Assembly (NCBI GenBank): GCA_017889585.1
Contig: JAGFZX010000007.1
Coordinates: 20,634-84,633 of the forward strand
Source: Bacillota bacterium
Lineage (GTDB): Bacteria; Bacillota; Negativicutes; DSM-13327
Direction: 5' to 3'
Length of the DNA: 64,000 nt
Made by a program: the position numbers and the translations under genes. Positions 19,939 through 30,199 of this stretch are shown one piece after another. Below the pieces are notes generated by a model. It worked only from the letters and a program-made list of their open reading frames with translations, had not been told where the DNA came from and searched no databases. Every line of letters begins with the position of its first letter. The first letter of the stretch is position 1.

Positions 19939-20844
19939 ATGAACAAGGAATTATTTGAGCCTCTCTGCGGTTGTGACCAAGCTGAAGCACAGGCTCGTCC
20001 AATTACAACTTATAGACAGGATGCTTGGCGACGTCTGAAAGAACATAAACTGGCCATGATTGGTCTATATACGGTTTTACTTATTATTCTCATTGCAGTG
20101 ATTGGTCCTTGGATGTCACATGTTTCTTATTCTGATCAGAATTTGATGCAAGCCAATCAGTCCCCCAGTACTGAACATTGGTTTGGCACTGATAATCTAG
20201 GTAGAGATTTGTTTATTCGCGTTTTATATGGTGCTCGTATTTCACTATCCATTGGCATTGTGGCCAGTTTGATCAATCTTACTATCGGGGTTGTTTATGG
20301 AGGTATTGCAGGTTTAGTGGGTGGCCGCGTTGATAGAATTATGATGAATATTGTTGATGTTTTATATGGCATACCTATGCTGCTTTATGTAATACTCTTA
20401 ATGGTTGTTTTGAAACCGGGACTGACTAATATTTTTATAGCCTTAGGTATTGCCTATTGGCTGGGGATGGCGCGTATTGTTCGAGGTCAGATTTTGAGCT
20501 TGAAGGAACACGAGTATGTCCTAGCGGCTCGGACTCTTGGTGCCAGCAACTGGCAGATTCTTTATCGTCATCTTATTCCCAACAGCATGGGGCCTATTAT
20601 TATTACAATGACGCTGGCTATTCCTGAAGCAATTTTCACTGAGGCATTTCTAAGTTTTATTGGTTTAGGAGTCGCTGCTCCTATGGCCAGTTGGGGCGTA
20701 CTATCCTCAGAAGGGGTGACAAGTTTACGCTCTTATCCTTTCCAATTATTCTTTCCCGCTATGGCCATTAGCATCACAATGTTGGCCTTTATTTTTCTAG
20801 GGGATGGTTTGCGTGATGCTCTTGATCCCCGCACAAGACGCTAG
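19939..20844 (+). CDS. oppC: Oligopeptide ABC transporter permease
   Basis: HWFGTDNLGRD, EYVLAARTLGAS, EAFLSFIGLG, GDGLRDALDPR. Confidence 0.92.
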   Translation: MNKELFEPLCGCDQAEAQARPITTYRQDAWRRLKEHKLAMIGLYTVLLIILIAVIGPWMSHVSYSDQNLMQANQSPSTEHWFGTDNLGRDLFIRVLYGARISLSIGIVASLINLTIGVVYGGIAGLVGGRVDRIMMNIVDVLYGIPMLLYVILLMVVLKPGLTNIFIALGIAYWLGMARIVRGQILSLKEHEYVLAARTLGASNWQILYRHLIPNSMGPIIITMTLAIPEAIFTEAFLSFIGLGVAAPMASWGVLSSEGVTSLRSYPFQLFFPAMAISITMLAFIFLGDGLRDALDPRTRR

Positions 20845-20855
20845 GGAGGTAAATA

Positions 20856-21863
20856 ATGATGAAGCCGTTGTTAGATGTGCAAGAATTGTCAGTATCATTT
20901 GCTACTTACGCTGGCGAAGTAAAGGCTATTGATGAAGTTAGTTTTCAGGTTTTTCCCGGGGAGGCTATCGGCATTGTCGGTGAGTCTGGGTGTGGAAAAA
21001 GTGTGACAGCTCATTCTATTATGCAGCTGATTTCCACTCCTCCGGGTAAGTATACAAAAGGAAAGATCTTTTTTGAAGGTGCCAACTTATTGGAAAAGTC
21101 TGAGAAAGAAATGGCAGATATTCGGGGCAATGATATTAGTATGGTCTTTCAAGACCCCATGACATCTCTTAATCCAGTACTGACTGTGGGGATGCAGATT
21201 GCCGAATCTCTGCAAAAACATCAACATATGAACAAACAGCAAGCATATGCACAGGCTGTGAAAATGTTGACCTTGGTTGGCATACCAACCCCTGAAGAAC
21301 GTGTAAAAAGTTATCCTCATGAGTTCAGCGGCGGTATGCGGCAGCGGGCGATGATCGCCATGGCACTCTCATGTAATCCTAAAGTACTGATTGCTGATGA
21401 GCCAACTACAGCTCTAGATGTAACCATTCAAGCGCAGATTCTCGATTTGATGAAAGAGCTGCAGAAAAAATTTAACACAGCTATTATTTTAATTTCCCAT
21501 GACCTAGGGGTGATTGCTACGTTGTGCAGACGGGTCATTGTGATGTACGCCGGCAAAATTGCTGAGGTGGGAACAGCCCAGGATATCTTTCATCATCCAC
21601 AACATCCTTATACATGGGGGCTATTAAAATCAGTGCCGCGCATGGATTTACCACAGAAACAAATGCTGATTGGTATTGAGGGACAGCCTCCTGATCTTTT
21701 GCATCCACCTACGGGCTGTCCTTTTCATCCTCGCTGCCGCTATGCTATGGTTATTTGCAAGTCCCAGTATCCTGAAGTCACAGAAGTCACTGAAGGGCAT
21801 AGCGTAAAATGTTGGCTACAGCATCCTGATGCACCAAAAACCAAGAGAGAGGTGACAGGCTGA
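20856..21863 (+). CDS. oppD: Oligopeptide ABC transporter ATPase
   Basis: GESGCGKS, FSGGMRQR, ADEPTTALD, HPYT, C-terminal Cys cluster. Confidence 0.93.
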   Translation: MMKPLLDVQELSVSFATYAGEVKAIDEVSFQVFPGEAIGIVGESGCGKSVTAHSIMQLISTPPGKYTKGKIFFEGANLLEKSEKEMADIRGNDISMVFQDPMTSLNPVLTVGMQIAESLQKHQHMNKQQAYAQAVKMLTLVGIPTPEERVKSYPHEFSGGMRQRAMIAMALSCNPKVLIADEPTTALDVTIQAQILDLMKELQKKFNTAIILISHDLGVIATLCRRVIVMYAGKIAEVGTAQDIFHHPQHPYTWGLLKSVPRMDLPQKQMLIGIEGQPPDLLHPPTGCPFHPRCRYAMVICKSQYPEVTEVTEGHSVKCWLQHPDAPKTKREVTG

Positions 21864-22840
21864 TGGAACAACAAGATATTTTGGAAGTCCGTAACCTAAA
21901 AAAATACTTCACTGCTCGTACAGATTTCTTTGGGCGCCCCACGGCCTATCTTAAAGCAGTGGATAATGTGAATTTTTCTATGAAGAAAGGTGAAACTCTG
22001 GGACTGGTCGGTGAGAGCGGCTGTGGTAAGTCGACTATTGGCAGAACAATTATTAGGTTGTATAAGCCCACTGCTGGAGAGATTCTGTTTAACGGGAAGG
22101 TTATTGACAATCAGACTGAGGAAAAACAGCTGCGCCGCAACATGCAGATGATTTTTCAGGATCCTTATGCATCATTGAATCCGCGTATGACTGTAGGGGA
22201 TATTATCGGAGAACCCTTGGATATTCATGGTTTGGCAATTGATGGCGAAAGGCGGTCACGGATTGTCAGCTTATTACAGATGGTAGGGCTAAATTCTGAG
22301 CACGCTAACCGCTTTCCCCATGAATTTAGCGGAGGTCAGAGGCAGAGGATCGGCATAGCACGTGCTTTGTCCATTGAGCCAAGTTTTATTATCTGTGATG
22401 AACCAATTTCTGCTTTGGATGTTTCGATTCAGGCACAAGTGGTTAATTTGCTCAAGGATCTTCAAGAAAAGCTAGGACTGACCTATTTATTTATTGCCCA
22501 TGATTTGGCCATGGTTAAGCATATCAGTAGCCGTGTGGCTGTTATGTATCTGGGGAAATTTGTAGAACTAGCAGAGACTGGGGAATTGTACGGTACACCC
22601 CAGCATCCCTATACAAAGGCACTACTGTCTGCTATATCGATTCCAGACCCAGTGATAGAGGTAAATCGGAAGCGGATTCACCTGGTAGGCGATGTACAGA
22701 GCCCTAGTAATGTGCCCGTAGGATGTGCCTTCCGTCCTCGTTGTCATTGCGCCATAGCTATATGTGCTGAGCAGGAACCCTTACTGATTGACGCAGGTAG
22801 AGGTCATATGGTAGCATGTCATGTCATACATAAAATGTAA
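21863..22840 (+). CDS. oppF: Oligopeptide ABC transporter ATPase
   Basis: LKAVD, GESGCGKST, FSGGQRQR, CDEPISALD. Confidence 0.93.
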   Translation: MEQQDILEVRNLKKYFTARTDFFGRPTAYLKAVDNVNFSMKKGETLGLVGESGCGKSTIGRTIIRLYKPTAGEILFNGKVIDNQTEEKQLRRNMQMIFQDPYASLNPRMTVGDIIGEPLDIHGLAIDGERRSRIVSLLQMVGLNSEHANRFPHEFSGGQRQRIGIARALSIEPSFIICDEPISALDVSIQAQVVNLLKDLQEKLGLTYLFIAHDLAMVKHISSRVAVMYLGKFVELAETGELYGTPQHPYTKALLSAISIPDPVIEVNRKRIHLVGDVQSPSNVPVGCAFRPRCHCAIAICAEQEPLLIDAGRGHMVACHVIHKM

Positions 22841-22872
22841 GATAAAATAAATACTAAGGAATAGGGGAAATT

Positions 22873-23661
22873 ATGGAATTATTGCGTCGAAAAATTGAGG
22901 ATATATTAGCATCATATACTGGCCGCTGGGGAATTGTAATCATCAATAAGTCCACTGGGAAAGTGCTAAAAATAAACCCCGACATGGTCTTTCCCGCCGC
23001 CAGTATGATTAAAGTTTCTATTATGTATGAGATAATGAAGCAAGCTGCAGTCGGTAGCATTGATCTAGATGCCTCGCTTGTTGTAACTAATGATGTCCGT
23101 GTAGGCGGTGCTGGTATTTTGCAGGAACTCCGCCCTGATATCACAATGACTGTTATAGAACTTATAACCCTGATGATTGTCCTTAGTGACAATACGGCCA
23201 CCAATATGCTGATTGATCTCATCGGTATGGATGCAGTCAACAGAACTATGACTGATCTAGGATTAAAATCAACAGTGCTTCGTCGCCAGATGATGGATTT
23301 TGAGGCTGCTCAGGCTGGTAAAGAGAATCATACCACGGCAGAAGATTTAGCTCTTCTATTTGGAATCATTGAGAGTCACCAAAAGCTGTCCCCCGAATAT
23401 GGAACTTTGATGCTGGATATTTTGAAGCGCCAACAAGTTCGAGATAAACTGCCTTTTTACTTGCCTGAAGAAACGGTATTGGCCAATAAAACAGGCACGT
23501 TAACAGGAGTAGAGCATGATGGAGGAATTTTATTTTTGCCGAGTGGTTCTTATATTATTTCGATTCTGACTGCTGATCTAGAGGTTAATTATCAAGGACT
23601 TCAGTTGGTTGCCAGTATTGGCAAAGTGATATATGACCATTTTTATCTTGAGGAGGAATAA
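22873..23661 (+). CDS. Cytoplasmic serine hydrolase with class A beta-lactamase/PBP fold
   Basis: SMIK (SxxK), SDN, KTG motifs; no signal peptide. Confidence 0.88.
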   Translation: MELLRRKIEDILASYTGRWGIVIINKSTGKVLKINPDMVFPAASMIKVSIMYEIMKQAAVGSIDLDASLVVTNDVRVGGAGILQELRPDITMTVIELITLMIVLSDNTATNMLIDLIGMDAVNRTMTDLGLKSTVLRRQMMDFEAAQAGKENHTTAEDLALLFGIIESHQKLSPEYGTLMLDILKRQQVRDKLPFYLPEETVLANKTGTLTGVEHDGGILFLPSGSYIISILTADLEVNYQGLQLVASIGKVIYDHFYLEEE

Positions 23662-23663
23662 TC

Positions 23664-25265
23664 ATGTCATACAAAAAAAAATTTGCAGTTATGCTAGTGA
23701 TGGCGATGCTCATCACACTGGGTACAGGTTGTGGCAAATCTGGCAGCAAGGGCAATGAACAGACTTTTCGTTATGCCCTAGAAGCGGAACCAGCCACATT
23801 AGATCCAGCTAAATCCACGGCGATTCCAGAATCATTGGTAGAACTACAGATCTTTGAAGGCTTGACGCGTCTTGATGCTAAGGATCAGCCTATACCAGGT
23901 GTGGCAGAAAAATGGGAGATCTCTCCCGATGGGATGAAATATATATTTTATTTGCGGGCTAATGCCAAATGGTCCAATGGCGAATCTGTCACAGCCCAAG
24001 ATTTTGAGTTTGCTTGGAAACGAGCGTTAAGCCCTGAATTTGCTTCGGAAAATGCATATATGTTATTCCCTATTAAAAATGCCCAAGCTTATAATGAAAA
24101 AAAGCTAGGGGCAGACCAGGTTGGAGTAAAAGCTGTTAACGACCATACGCTAGAAATCACCTTGGAAAAGCCGACGGCATACTTTTTAGGCTTGGCAGCT
24201 TTCCATGCCTTCTATCCTGTTAATCAGAAGACAGTGACTGGCAATGCCGATAAATGGGCGTCAGATGTGAATACTTTGATTGGTAATGGTCCCTTCAAAA
24301 TCAGCAATTGGGCCCATAGTAGCAAAATTGAATTTGTGAAAAACGATCAATATTGGGATGCCGCTGCTGTTAAACTGATGAAAATGGAATGGCCAATCAG
24401 TGATTCCCAATCCACTCGGTTAGCACTAGTAGAAAATAACCAGGTAGACATGATGGTTGAGCCGTCAGTCGTAGAGCAAGACCGACTGAGTCAAGCTGGG
24501 CTGCTGAAAATTTCCCCCTACCTTGGCGCCTATTATTATGTATTTAATACCCAAAAGGCTCCCTTTGATAATCCTAAAGTGCGTAATGCCTTTGCTCTGG
24601 CAATTACCCGTGAAAATCTAGTAAAAAACGTAGTTAAGGGCGGTAAAAAACCTGCTCATGCTTGGGTGGCACCTGGACTTGTTAATCCTGTTACAGGCAA
24701 GGATTTTCGAGAAGAAGGCGGAAATTATACTGTAGAAGATGTAGCTCAGGCAAAAAAAATATTGGCTGAAGCTGGGTATCCTGATGGCAAAGGATTGCCA
24801 CCGATTACGATTATGTTCAACACAAGTGAAATGCATAAATCTATTGCTGAAGCTATTCAGGAGATGTGGAAACAGAATCTGGGCGTGACTGTTACTTTAA
24901 CCAATCAAGAATCCAAAGTGTTCTTAGAATCTCGAACACAAGGTCAGTTTCAAATCGCCAGGGCTTCGTGGATTGGGGATTATGCTGATCCCATGACTTT
25001 TATGGATGTCTTTAGGGACCCGAGTAATGATGCTAAGTATAGTAATCCAACATATAATCGTTTGATAGAGCAGGCTCAGAATACAAATGATCAAAAAGTT
25101 CGGATGCAGGCCATGCATGATGCGGAAAAAATACTCTTTAATGATGCTGTGATCATGCCAATTTATTATACTACCCAGCCATTTGTCGCCAAACCTTATG
25201 TGAAAGGCTATTTTTGGTCGGTGCTAGGACTTGCTGATTTTAAGACAGCGTTCATAGAAAAATAG
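23664..25265 (+). CDS. oppA: Oligopeptide ABC substrate-binding lipoprotein
   Basis: Lipobox GTGC, EPATLDP, FEGL, GNGPF, RASWIGDYADP. Confidence 0.93.
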   Translation: MSYKKKFAVMLVMAMLITLGTGCGKSGSKGNEQTFRYALEAEPATLDPAKSTAIPESLVELQIFEGLTRLDAKDQPIPGVAEKWEISPDGMKYIFYLRANAKWSNGESVTAQDFEFAWKRALSPEFASENAYMLFPIKNAQAYNEKKLGADQVGVKAVNDHTLEITLEKPTAYFLGLAAFHAFYPVNQKTVTGNADKWASDVNTLIGNGPFKISNWAHSSKIEFVKNDQYWDAAAVKLMKMEWPISDSQSTRLALVENNQVDMMVEPSVVEQDRLSQAGLLKISPYLGAYYYVFNTQKAPFDNPKVRNAFALAITRENLVKNVVKGGKKPAHAWVAPGLVNPVTGKDFREEGGNYTVEDVAQAKKILAEAGYPDGKGLPPITIMFNTSEMHKSIAEAIQEMWKQNLGVTVTLTNQESKVFLESRTQGQFQIARASWIGDYADPMTFMDVFRDPSNDAKYSNPTYNRLIEQAQNTNDQKVRMQAMHDAEKILFNDAVIMPIYYTTQPFVAKPYVKGYFWSVLGLADFKTAFIEK

Positions 25266-25482
25266 TAGAGAATAAAGAATGCGCAGTTTATACTGCGCAT
25301 ATCTCTTTATTAGATCATCAGAAAGTATAATCTATTTGGTAGTCAGCGTTGGTTCCATGTTATTAATGCGACCAGGTGTTACTTAATCTATGCTTAGAAT
25401 AATATGGAGACATTGTTAATGTTGTTAGATAAATGAAGATACGATAGCCTTTCTCTTACTATTGTAATAAGGAGATGATTAG

Positions 25483-26430
25483 ATGTGTTCTATTTCTCAG
25501 ATCAAGCCCAAACGGCTCCGTATGGGAGACACGATTGGTGTTATCGCTCCTGCCAGTCCAGGTGATATAGAATTGACTATGGCAGGAATAGGCTGGCTAG
25601 AGAAACAAGGCTTTCGAGTAGAGTTAGGTATGACTGTAGAGCAAACTCTGGGATATCTGGCTGGGACAGATGCCGATCGAGCTGCAGATATCAATGTCAT
25701 GTTTGCGTCACCTGCTATCGATGGCATTTTTTGCTTGCGTGGCGGGTATGGCACTATGCGTCTATTGGAACTGTTGGACTATGAGTGTATCCGTACACAT
25801 CCTAAGGTATTTCTTGGCTATAGTGATATAACTGCATTGCATATAAGCATCGGTCAGCGTACAGGCCTTGTTACCTTCCATGGGCCAATGGTGTCATCTG
25901 ATATGGGAAAAGGCTTATCTGACTATACTGGGGACTGTTTTTTTCGGGCAATTACTACTTCTGAACCTCTCGGAGCTGTAATCAATCCGTCTAACGTAGA
26001 GCCTCCCGTGTTTATCGCACTGGGAAGGGCTCAGGGATATCTGACAGGGGGGAACCTAAGCATGATTGCCAATACATTAGGAACACCTTATGAAATTGAT
26101 ACTTGTGGTAAAATTCTTTGTTTGGAAGAAGTCAGCGAAGCGCCCTATCGTGTGGACCGCATGTTGACCCAATTATTACTGGCCGGTAAACTGCAGGATG
26201 CGGCTGGGATTGTGGTTGCTGTATGCGAGGGTTGTGATATGAATGACCCGCCGGGCTTCACTTTAGAAGAGGTATTGCGGGAGCGTCTCGGGGGCTTAAA
26301 CAAACCAGTTCTCTATAAGTTACATTTTGGCCATACTGGGGAAAAGTTCACTTTACCTCTAGGAGCCATGGCAATACTCGATAGTGAAATAGGCGGGCTG
26401 GATGTAATTGAATCAGCTACGGAGGATTAA
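25483..26430 (+). CDS. LD-carboxypeptidase (S66, LdcA/YkfA family)
   Basis: IAPAS, RGGYG, GYSDITALH, FHGPM, GGNL, LEE, FGH. Confidence 0.92.
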   Translation: MCSISQIKPKRLRMGDTIGVIAPASPGDIELTMAGIGWLEKQGFRVELGMTVEQTLGYLAGTDADRAADINVMFASPAIDGIFCLRGGYGTMRLLELLDYECIRTHPKVFLGYSDITALHISIGQRTGLVTFHGPMVSSDMGKGLSDYTGDCFFRAITTSEPLGAVINPSNVEPPVFIALGRAQGYLTGGNLSMIANTLGTPYEIDTCGKILCLEEVSEAPYRVDRMLTQLLLAGKLQDAAGIVVAVCEGCDMNDPPGFTLEEVLRERLGGLNKPVLYKLHFGHTGEKFTLPLGAMAILDSEIGGLDVIESATED

Positions 26431-26445
26431 ATTTGGAGGCGTACA

Positions 26446-27570
26446 ATGAATAATAAACAAGCATTAAAAGAACAAATTATCAACCTAGTTGATGGAATGG
26501 CTGCAGAACTCAAGGAAATCAGTCTATCTTTACACAAGAATCCTGAACTGGGAGGGCAAGAATACCGTGCAGCTCAGCTTTTAATAGGGGCGGCAGAACG
26601 CAGAAGTTTTACTGTGAAGCAAAACATCAGTGGCTATGAAACAGCCTTCATCGCTAAGAAAGGGAGTAGTGGTCCTAAAATTGCATTTTTAGCCGAATAT
26701 GATGCATTACCCGAAATTGGTCATGCGTGCGGTCACAATCTGATTGCCGCCATGAGTTATGGAGCTGCGGTGGCATTTGCGGCAGTTGCTGGTGACCGAG
26801 CTAGTTCTTATTTGATTGGATGTCCTGCAGAAGAGACGCAGGGAGCTAAAGTAACCATGGCAGAAGACGGGGTATTTGATGATTTAAGGGCGGCGCTGAT
26901 CGTTCATCCCGCAGATGGTAATTACATCGGGGGGACTTCCTATGCTTGCCATCCATTACAGGTATCTTTTCACGGGCAGTCAGCACATGTAGCTAGCAAA
27001 ACAAACAAAGGCGTCAATGCTTTAGATGCTTTTATGCTATTTTATCAAGGGATGAAGATGCTACGTCAGACCTTTATCCAGGAGACAGTTCTAGCAGGAA
27101 TTGTTACCAAAGGTGGGACTGCGCCCAATATAGTGCCCGATGAGGTGGAGGGGAAATTTACCCTAAGGGCGTTATCGGCTTCTTATTTGGAAGACACTGT
27201 AATTCCAGGTGTGAGGCGGCTGGCAGAAGGAGTAGCTTTAGCTACTGAGACAACAGTAGAAACCATACATTATGAACCCTTGTTTAAAAATTTAGTCAAT
27301 GACTCACAACTTATGGAATTGTACAAACAGAATATGGCACTACTTGGCGAAGGGGTGACTGTTCTCGGACCTGAAGATGCAGAAGGGTCTACAGATGTGG
27401 GCAATGTCAGTCATAGAACGCCGACGATCCATCCTGACCTTGGTATTGGCAGTAATCTTGCAGCCCATACACCAGGATTTGCCTTAGCGGCAGGGTCTAA
27501 CTACGCCCAAGAACGATTGTTGGTAGGAGCTAAGGCAATGGCAATGACCGCTATAGATTTGCTGGATTAG
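26446..27570 (+). CDS. M20D-type amidohydrolase/dipeptidase
   Basis: PELGGQE, AEYDALPEIGHACGHN, PAEE, GSTDVGNVS. Confidence 0.9.
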   Translation: MNNKQALKEQIINLVDGMAAELKEISLSLHKNPELGGQEYRAAQLLIGAAERRSFTVKQNISGYETAFIAKKGSSGPKIAFLAEYDALPEIGHACGHNLIAAMSYGAAVAFAAVAGDRASSYLIGCPAEETQGAKVTMAEDGVFDDLRAALIVHPADGNYIGGTSYACHPLQVSFHGQSAHVASKTNKGVNALDAFMLFYQGMKMLRQTFIQETVLAGIVTKGGTAPNIVPDEVEGKFTLRALSASYLEDTVIPGVRRLAEGVALATETTVETIHYEPLFKNLVNDSQLMELYKQNMALLGEGVTVLGPEDAEGSTDVGNVSHRTPTIHPDLGIGSNLAAHTPGFALAAGSNYAQERLLVGAKAMAMTAIDLLD

Positions 27571-28070
27571 TGATCAGCTCTTCAAAAACTGCATTACTTT
27601 CATCTTGGTAGTGTATTTGGTCTCTCAACAGAATTACATAAAGTTGTTGATAAACGATTGTCCTTTTTTACTTATCAGATGAGATGCTTGTTGCGAGTGA
27701 ACAGATTTATAGGGAGTTTTAAACTAATTAGGGTAAATCATGCCACCTTCAACGGTGCAAAATAGTAGGTAGGATATAAATATAAGTCAACTCATTAGGT
27801 GAAATGCCAATAGCTGAGTGACTAATGTCCGGAATCACGGATTGGTACTATAAGTAGCTCTTAGCACGGAAAGTATGCAGCGATACCGGATTCCGAGAAA
27901 ATGCAGTTAATTTCGCAATTAATAGGGAAACGAGCGCCAGAAAGCAATTTTTGTATAGAAAGTGTTCTAAGCAAAGGGTTATTTAAAGTGTCCATTTTAA
28001 TTTGACCACATCAGGGGTTTATGTGCGAACACAAGTGGACTGGGGAAGATATGGAAAAGGTAAAATATAG

Positions 28071-28113
28071 CAGGCTGGCTTAAGGCAGGAAGTGCTACAA
28101 GCCAGCCTGTTTT
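28071..28113 (+). terminator. Hairpin, probable terminator
   Basis: caggctggctt...aagccagcctg followed by tttt. Confidence 0.55.
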
Positions 28114-28167
28114 ATAATATTTTTCGAATATATACAACATGTTAAAAAAATAACTTACTATGATTAC

Positions 28168-28232
28168 TTGACTAACTAGGAATTTTTAAATATACTATGT
28201 ATAAAAGATAGGATGGTAATACGGTAATACCA
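28168..28232 (+). promoter_or_regulatory. SigA promoter with a downstream GntR/FadR-like operator
   Basis: TTGACT-N17-TATACT (28168-28196); TGGTAATACGGTAATACCA (28214-28232). Confidence 0.6.
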
Positions 28233-28408
28233 GTGGTTTTAAGAAATTTTAAAGGTTTTATCACTGGACTCATTTGAAACTGCAGTGTTTCTTTGGAATG
28301 AATGAACCCTTAAGCGAAAAGATGCGGTACATATTTGGGAGAAAGCCAATCGGTTGCTGGAAAGTGAAGAATATGGTCTCTCAGGTGGTAGGACTTTAAA
28401 ACTGCAGA

Positions 28409-28594
28409 TCCAATATGGGGGGCGCTATCGGCCAACTAGTTACCGGCTTTATCATTGCGAAGAGTGGTTCATTCTAGATGCCACTTGACATTTTTGGAGT
28501 TGCAGCTGTGATAGCTATTCTTATCTATGCCTTCTACCTTGGCTAAGTAAAACGCGTTCAAGTGCCGCAGTCTAAAACTGAAATAGCCGAATGA
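28409..28594 (+). pseudogene. C-terminal remnant of an ACS-family MFS (sugar-acid-type) transporter with two internal stops
   Basis: SNMGGAIGQLVTGFIIAKSGSF*MPLDIFGVAAVIAILIYAFYLG*VKRV...; TM11-12 pattern. Confidence 0.7.
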
Positions 28595-28683
28595 TATTGA
28601 TATTATAGTATTACTGGACAGTATAAATCTTACAGTAGACTGCTATATTTAAAAATTATTATTAAAAAATGGAGGGTTTTTAA

Positions 28684-29463
28684 ATGTTAAAAAATTTGTT
28701 CCAGGAAAAAACGGCACAGGGCAAAAAAACTGTTGGTATGTTTTTTGAAATGGGTAATGCCAATGTAGCAGAAGCCATTGCTTTTACCAATTTGGACTAT
28801 TTTATCGTAGATGCTGAACATGGCCCATTCGATGTCGAAAGTACGATGAATATGTTCAGAGCAGCTGAACTTCATGACAGTACGGCGTTTGTCCGCGTAA
28901 AAGATTCTTCTCGCACATCAATTTTGAAAATGCTTGATATTGGAGCGAAGGGGCTTATCATTCCACAGGTACAGTCGCTAGAAGAAATCAAACGCATTGT
29001 TGAATATGGAAAATATTATCCGCTGGGGCAGCGCGGTGTGGCTTATGCCCGTGGTGCTGGTTGGGGATATGCTGAACATGCTCGTGGCAAATCGATTAAT
29101 GAATATTTTGATACCTGCAATAAACATGTTCTCTTGATTCCTCAGTGTGAAACAGTTGGTTGCTTGAATCAAATCGAAGAAATTGCTAATACCGATGGAA
29201 TAGATGGTATCTTTGTAGGTCCATATGATCTATCGGTATCAATGGGTATTCCCACACAGTTTGAAAAACCGGAATTCAAAGTTGCACTTGAACGTATCAA
29301 GAAAGCTGTCAAAGATGCTGGCAAGTTCTGTATTATCTATGCTGCCAACGCGGAAATTGCGCGTCAGCGCTTAAATGAAGGTTTTGACAGTACGACAGTG
29401 GGTGAAGATATAGGCTGTTACATTAAATCTATCAATGCTCTCGTTGATCAGGTAAAAAAATAA
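28684..29463 (+). CDS. HpcH/HpaI class II pyruvate aldolase (2-keto-3-deoxy sugar acid aldolase, GarL-like)
   Basis: DAEHG, VRV, LDIGA, YYPLGQRG, QCET, FVGPYDLS. Confidence 0.92.
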   Translation: MLKNLFQEKTAQGKKTVGMFFEMGNANVAEAIAFTNLDYFIVDAEHGPFDVESTMNMFRAAELHDSTAFVRVKDSSRTSILKMLDIGAKGLIIPQVQSLEEIKRIVEYGKYYPLGQRGVAYARGAGWGYAEHARGKSINEYFDTCNKHVLLIPQCETVGCLNQIEEIANTDGIDGIFVGPYDLSVSMGIPTQFEKPEFKVALERIKKAVKDAGKFCIIYAANAEIARQRLNEGFDSTTVGEDIGCYIKSINALVDQVKK

Positions 29464-29880
29464 GAATCGATGCCAAAGGAAAATAGTGAAGGATAAAGGT
29501 ATAGAGGTAGAGGGGAATATAATTCTTGACAAGATGTATAAGATGACGAAGTATCCCAAATAGGCGAAATTGAGATTCAGGATGAAGATTTTAGCCCAAT
29601 ATTGAAAGATTTCTTGCTGAGCTTGTTCAGGTGTTTCTAATTGAGAATACTGAATAAGCTTCTTTGTTTATTGTTCTATAAAATGAATCCATCATGGTAT
29701 TATCATCTGGATTACCTTTCCTACTGATACTTGACCTACCAGTAATTATACTAGTATTGTAAGTCGTATTGTATGCAGGGGCAACCATAAACCCTGCATA
29801 CAGTTTTATACAAATAAGTAGAAAAAGATGGATATTGTATTGCAGGAATTAATTTTTTAGGGTACAATATATTTACAGAA

Positions 29881-29898
29881 AAGTGAAAATAATCACAA
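29881..29898. promoter_or_regulatory. Putative Rex operator upstream of hfsABC
   Basis: AAGTGAA-AATA-ATCACAA vs consensus TTGTGAA-N4-TTCACAA. Confidence 0.55.
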
Positions 29899-29917
29899 TT
29901 ATAAAAGAGGCGAAATT

Positions 29918-30199
29918 ATGATAAGTATATCGGTATGCGTAGGCAGTGCGTGTCATTTGCGGGGTGCTCATGGTGTATTAAGGGCGTTTAATCTGTTACT
30001 TGAGAAGTATCAGGTAAGTGGTGAGGTTGATGTTGCGGGTAACTTTTGTCGGGGCTTTTGTACAGAGGGTGTAGTGATCAAAATTAATGATGAAATAATC
30101 ACGAATGTGTCTAAAGATAAGGTGCATGATATCTTTATGAAGAAAGTACTGGGATGTGAAAATGATGAAGACGATAACAACGCAAAAAGTAAATTGTAA
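29918..30199 (+). CDS. hfsA: Thioredoxin-like [2Fe-2S] ferredoxin (HfsA-like)
   Basis: ISVCVGSACHLRGA...FCRGFCTEGV; first gene before the PAS hydrogenase. Confidence 0.8.
   Translation: MISISVCVGSACHLRGAHGVLRAFNLLLEKYQVSGEVDVAGNFCRGFCTEGVVIKINDEIITNVSKDKVHDIFMKKVLGCENDEDDNNAKSKL

Noticed and set aside
22873-23661. True class A beta-lactamase resistance gene
   Set aside because: No signal peptide, no ExxLN omega-loop motif, and embedded in a peptide-uptake operon
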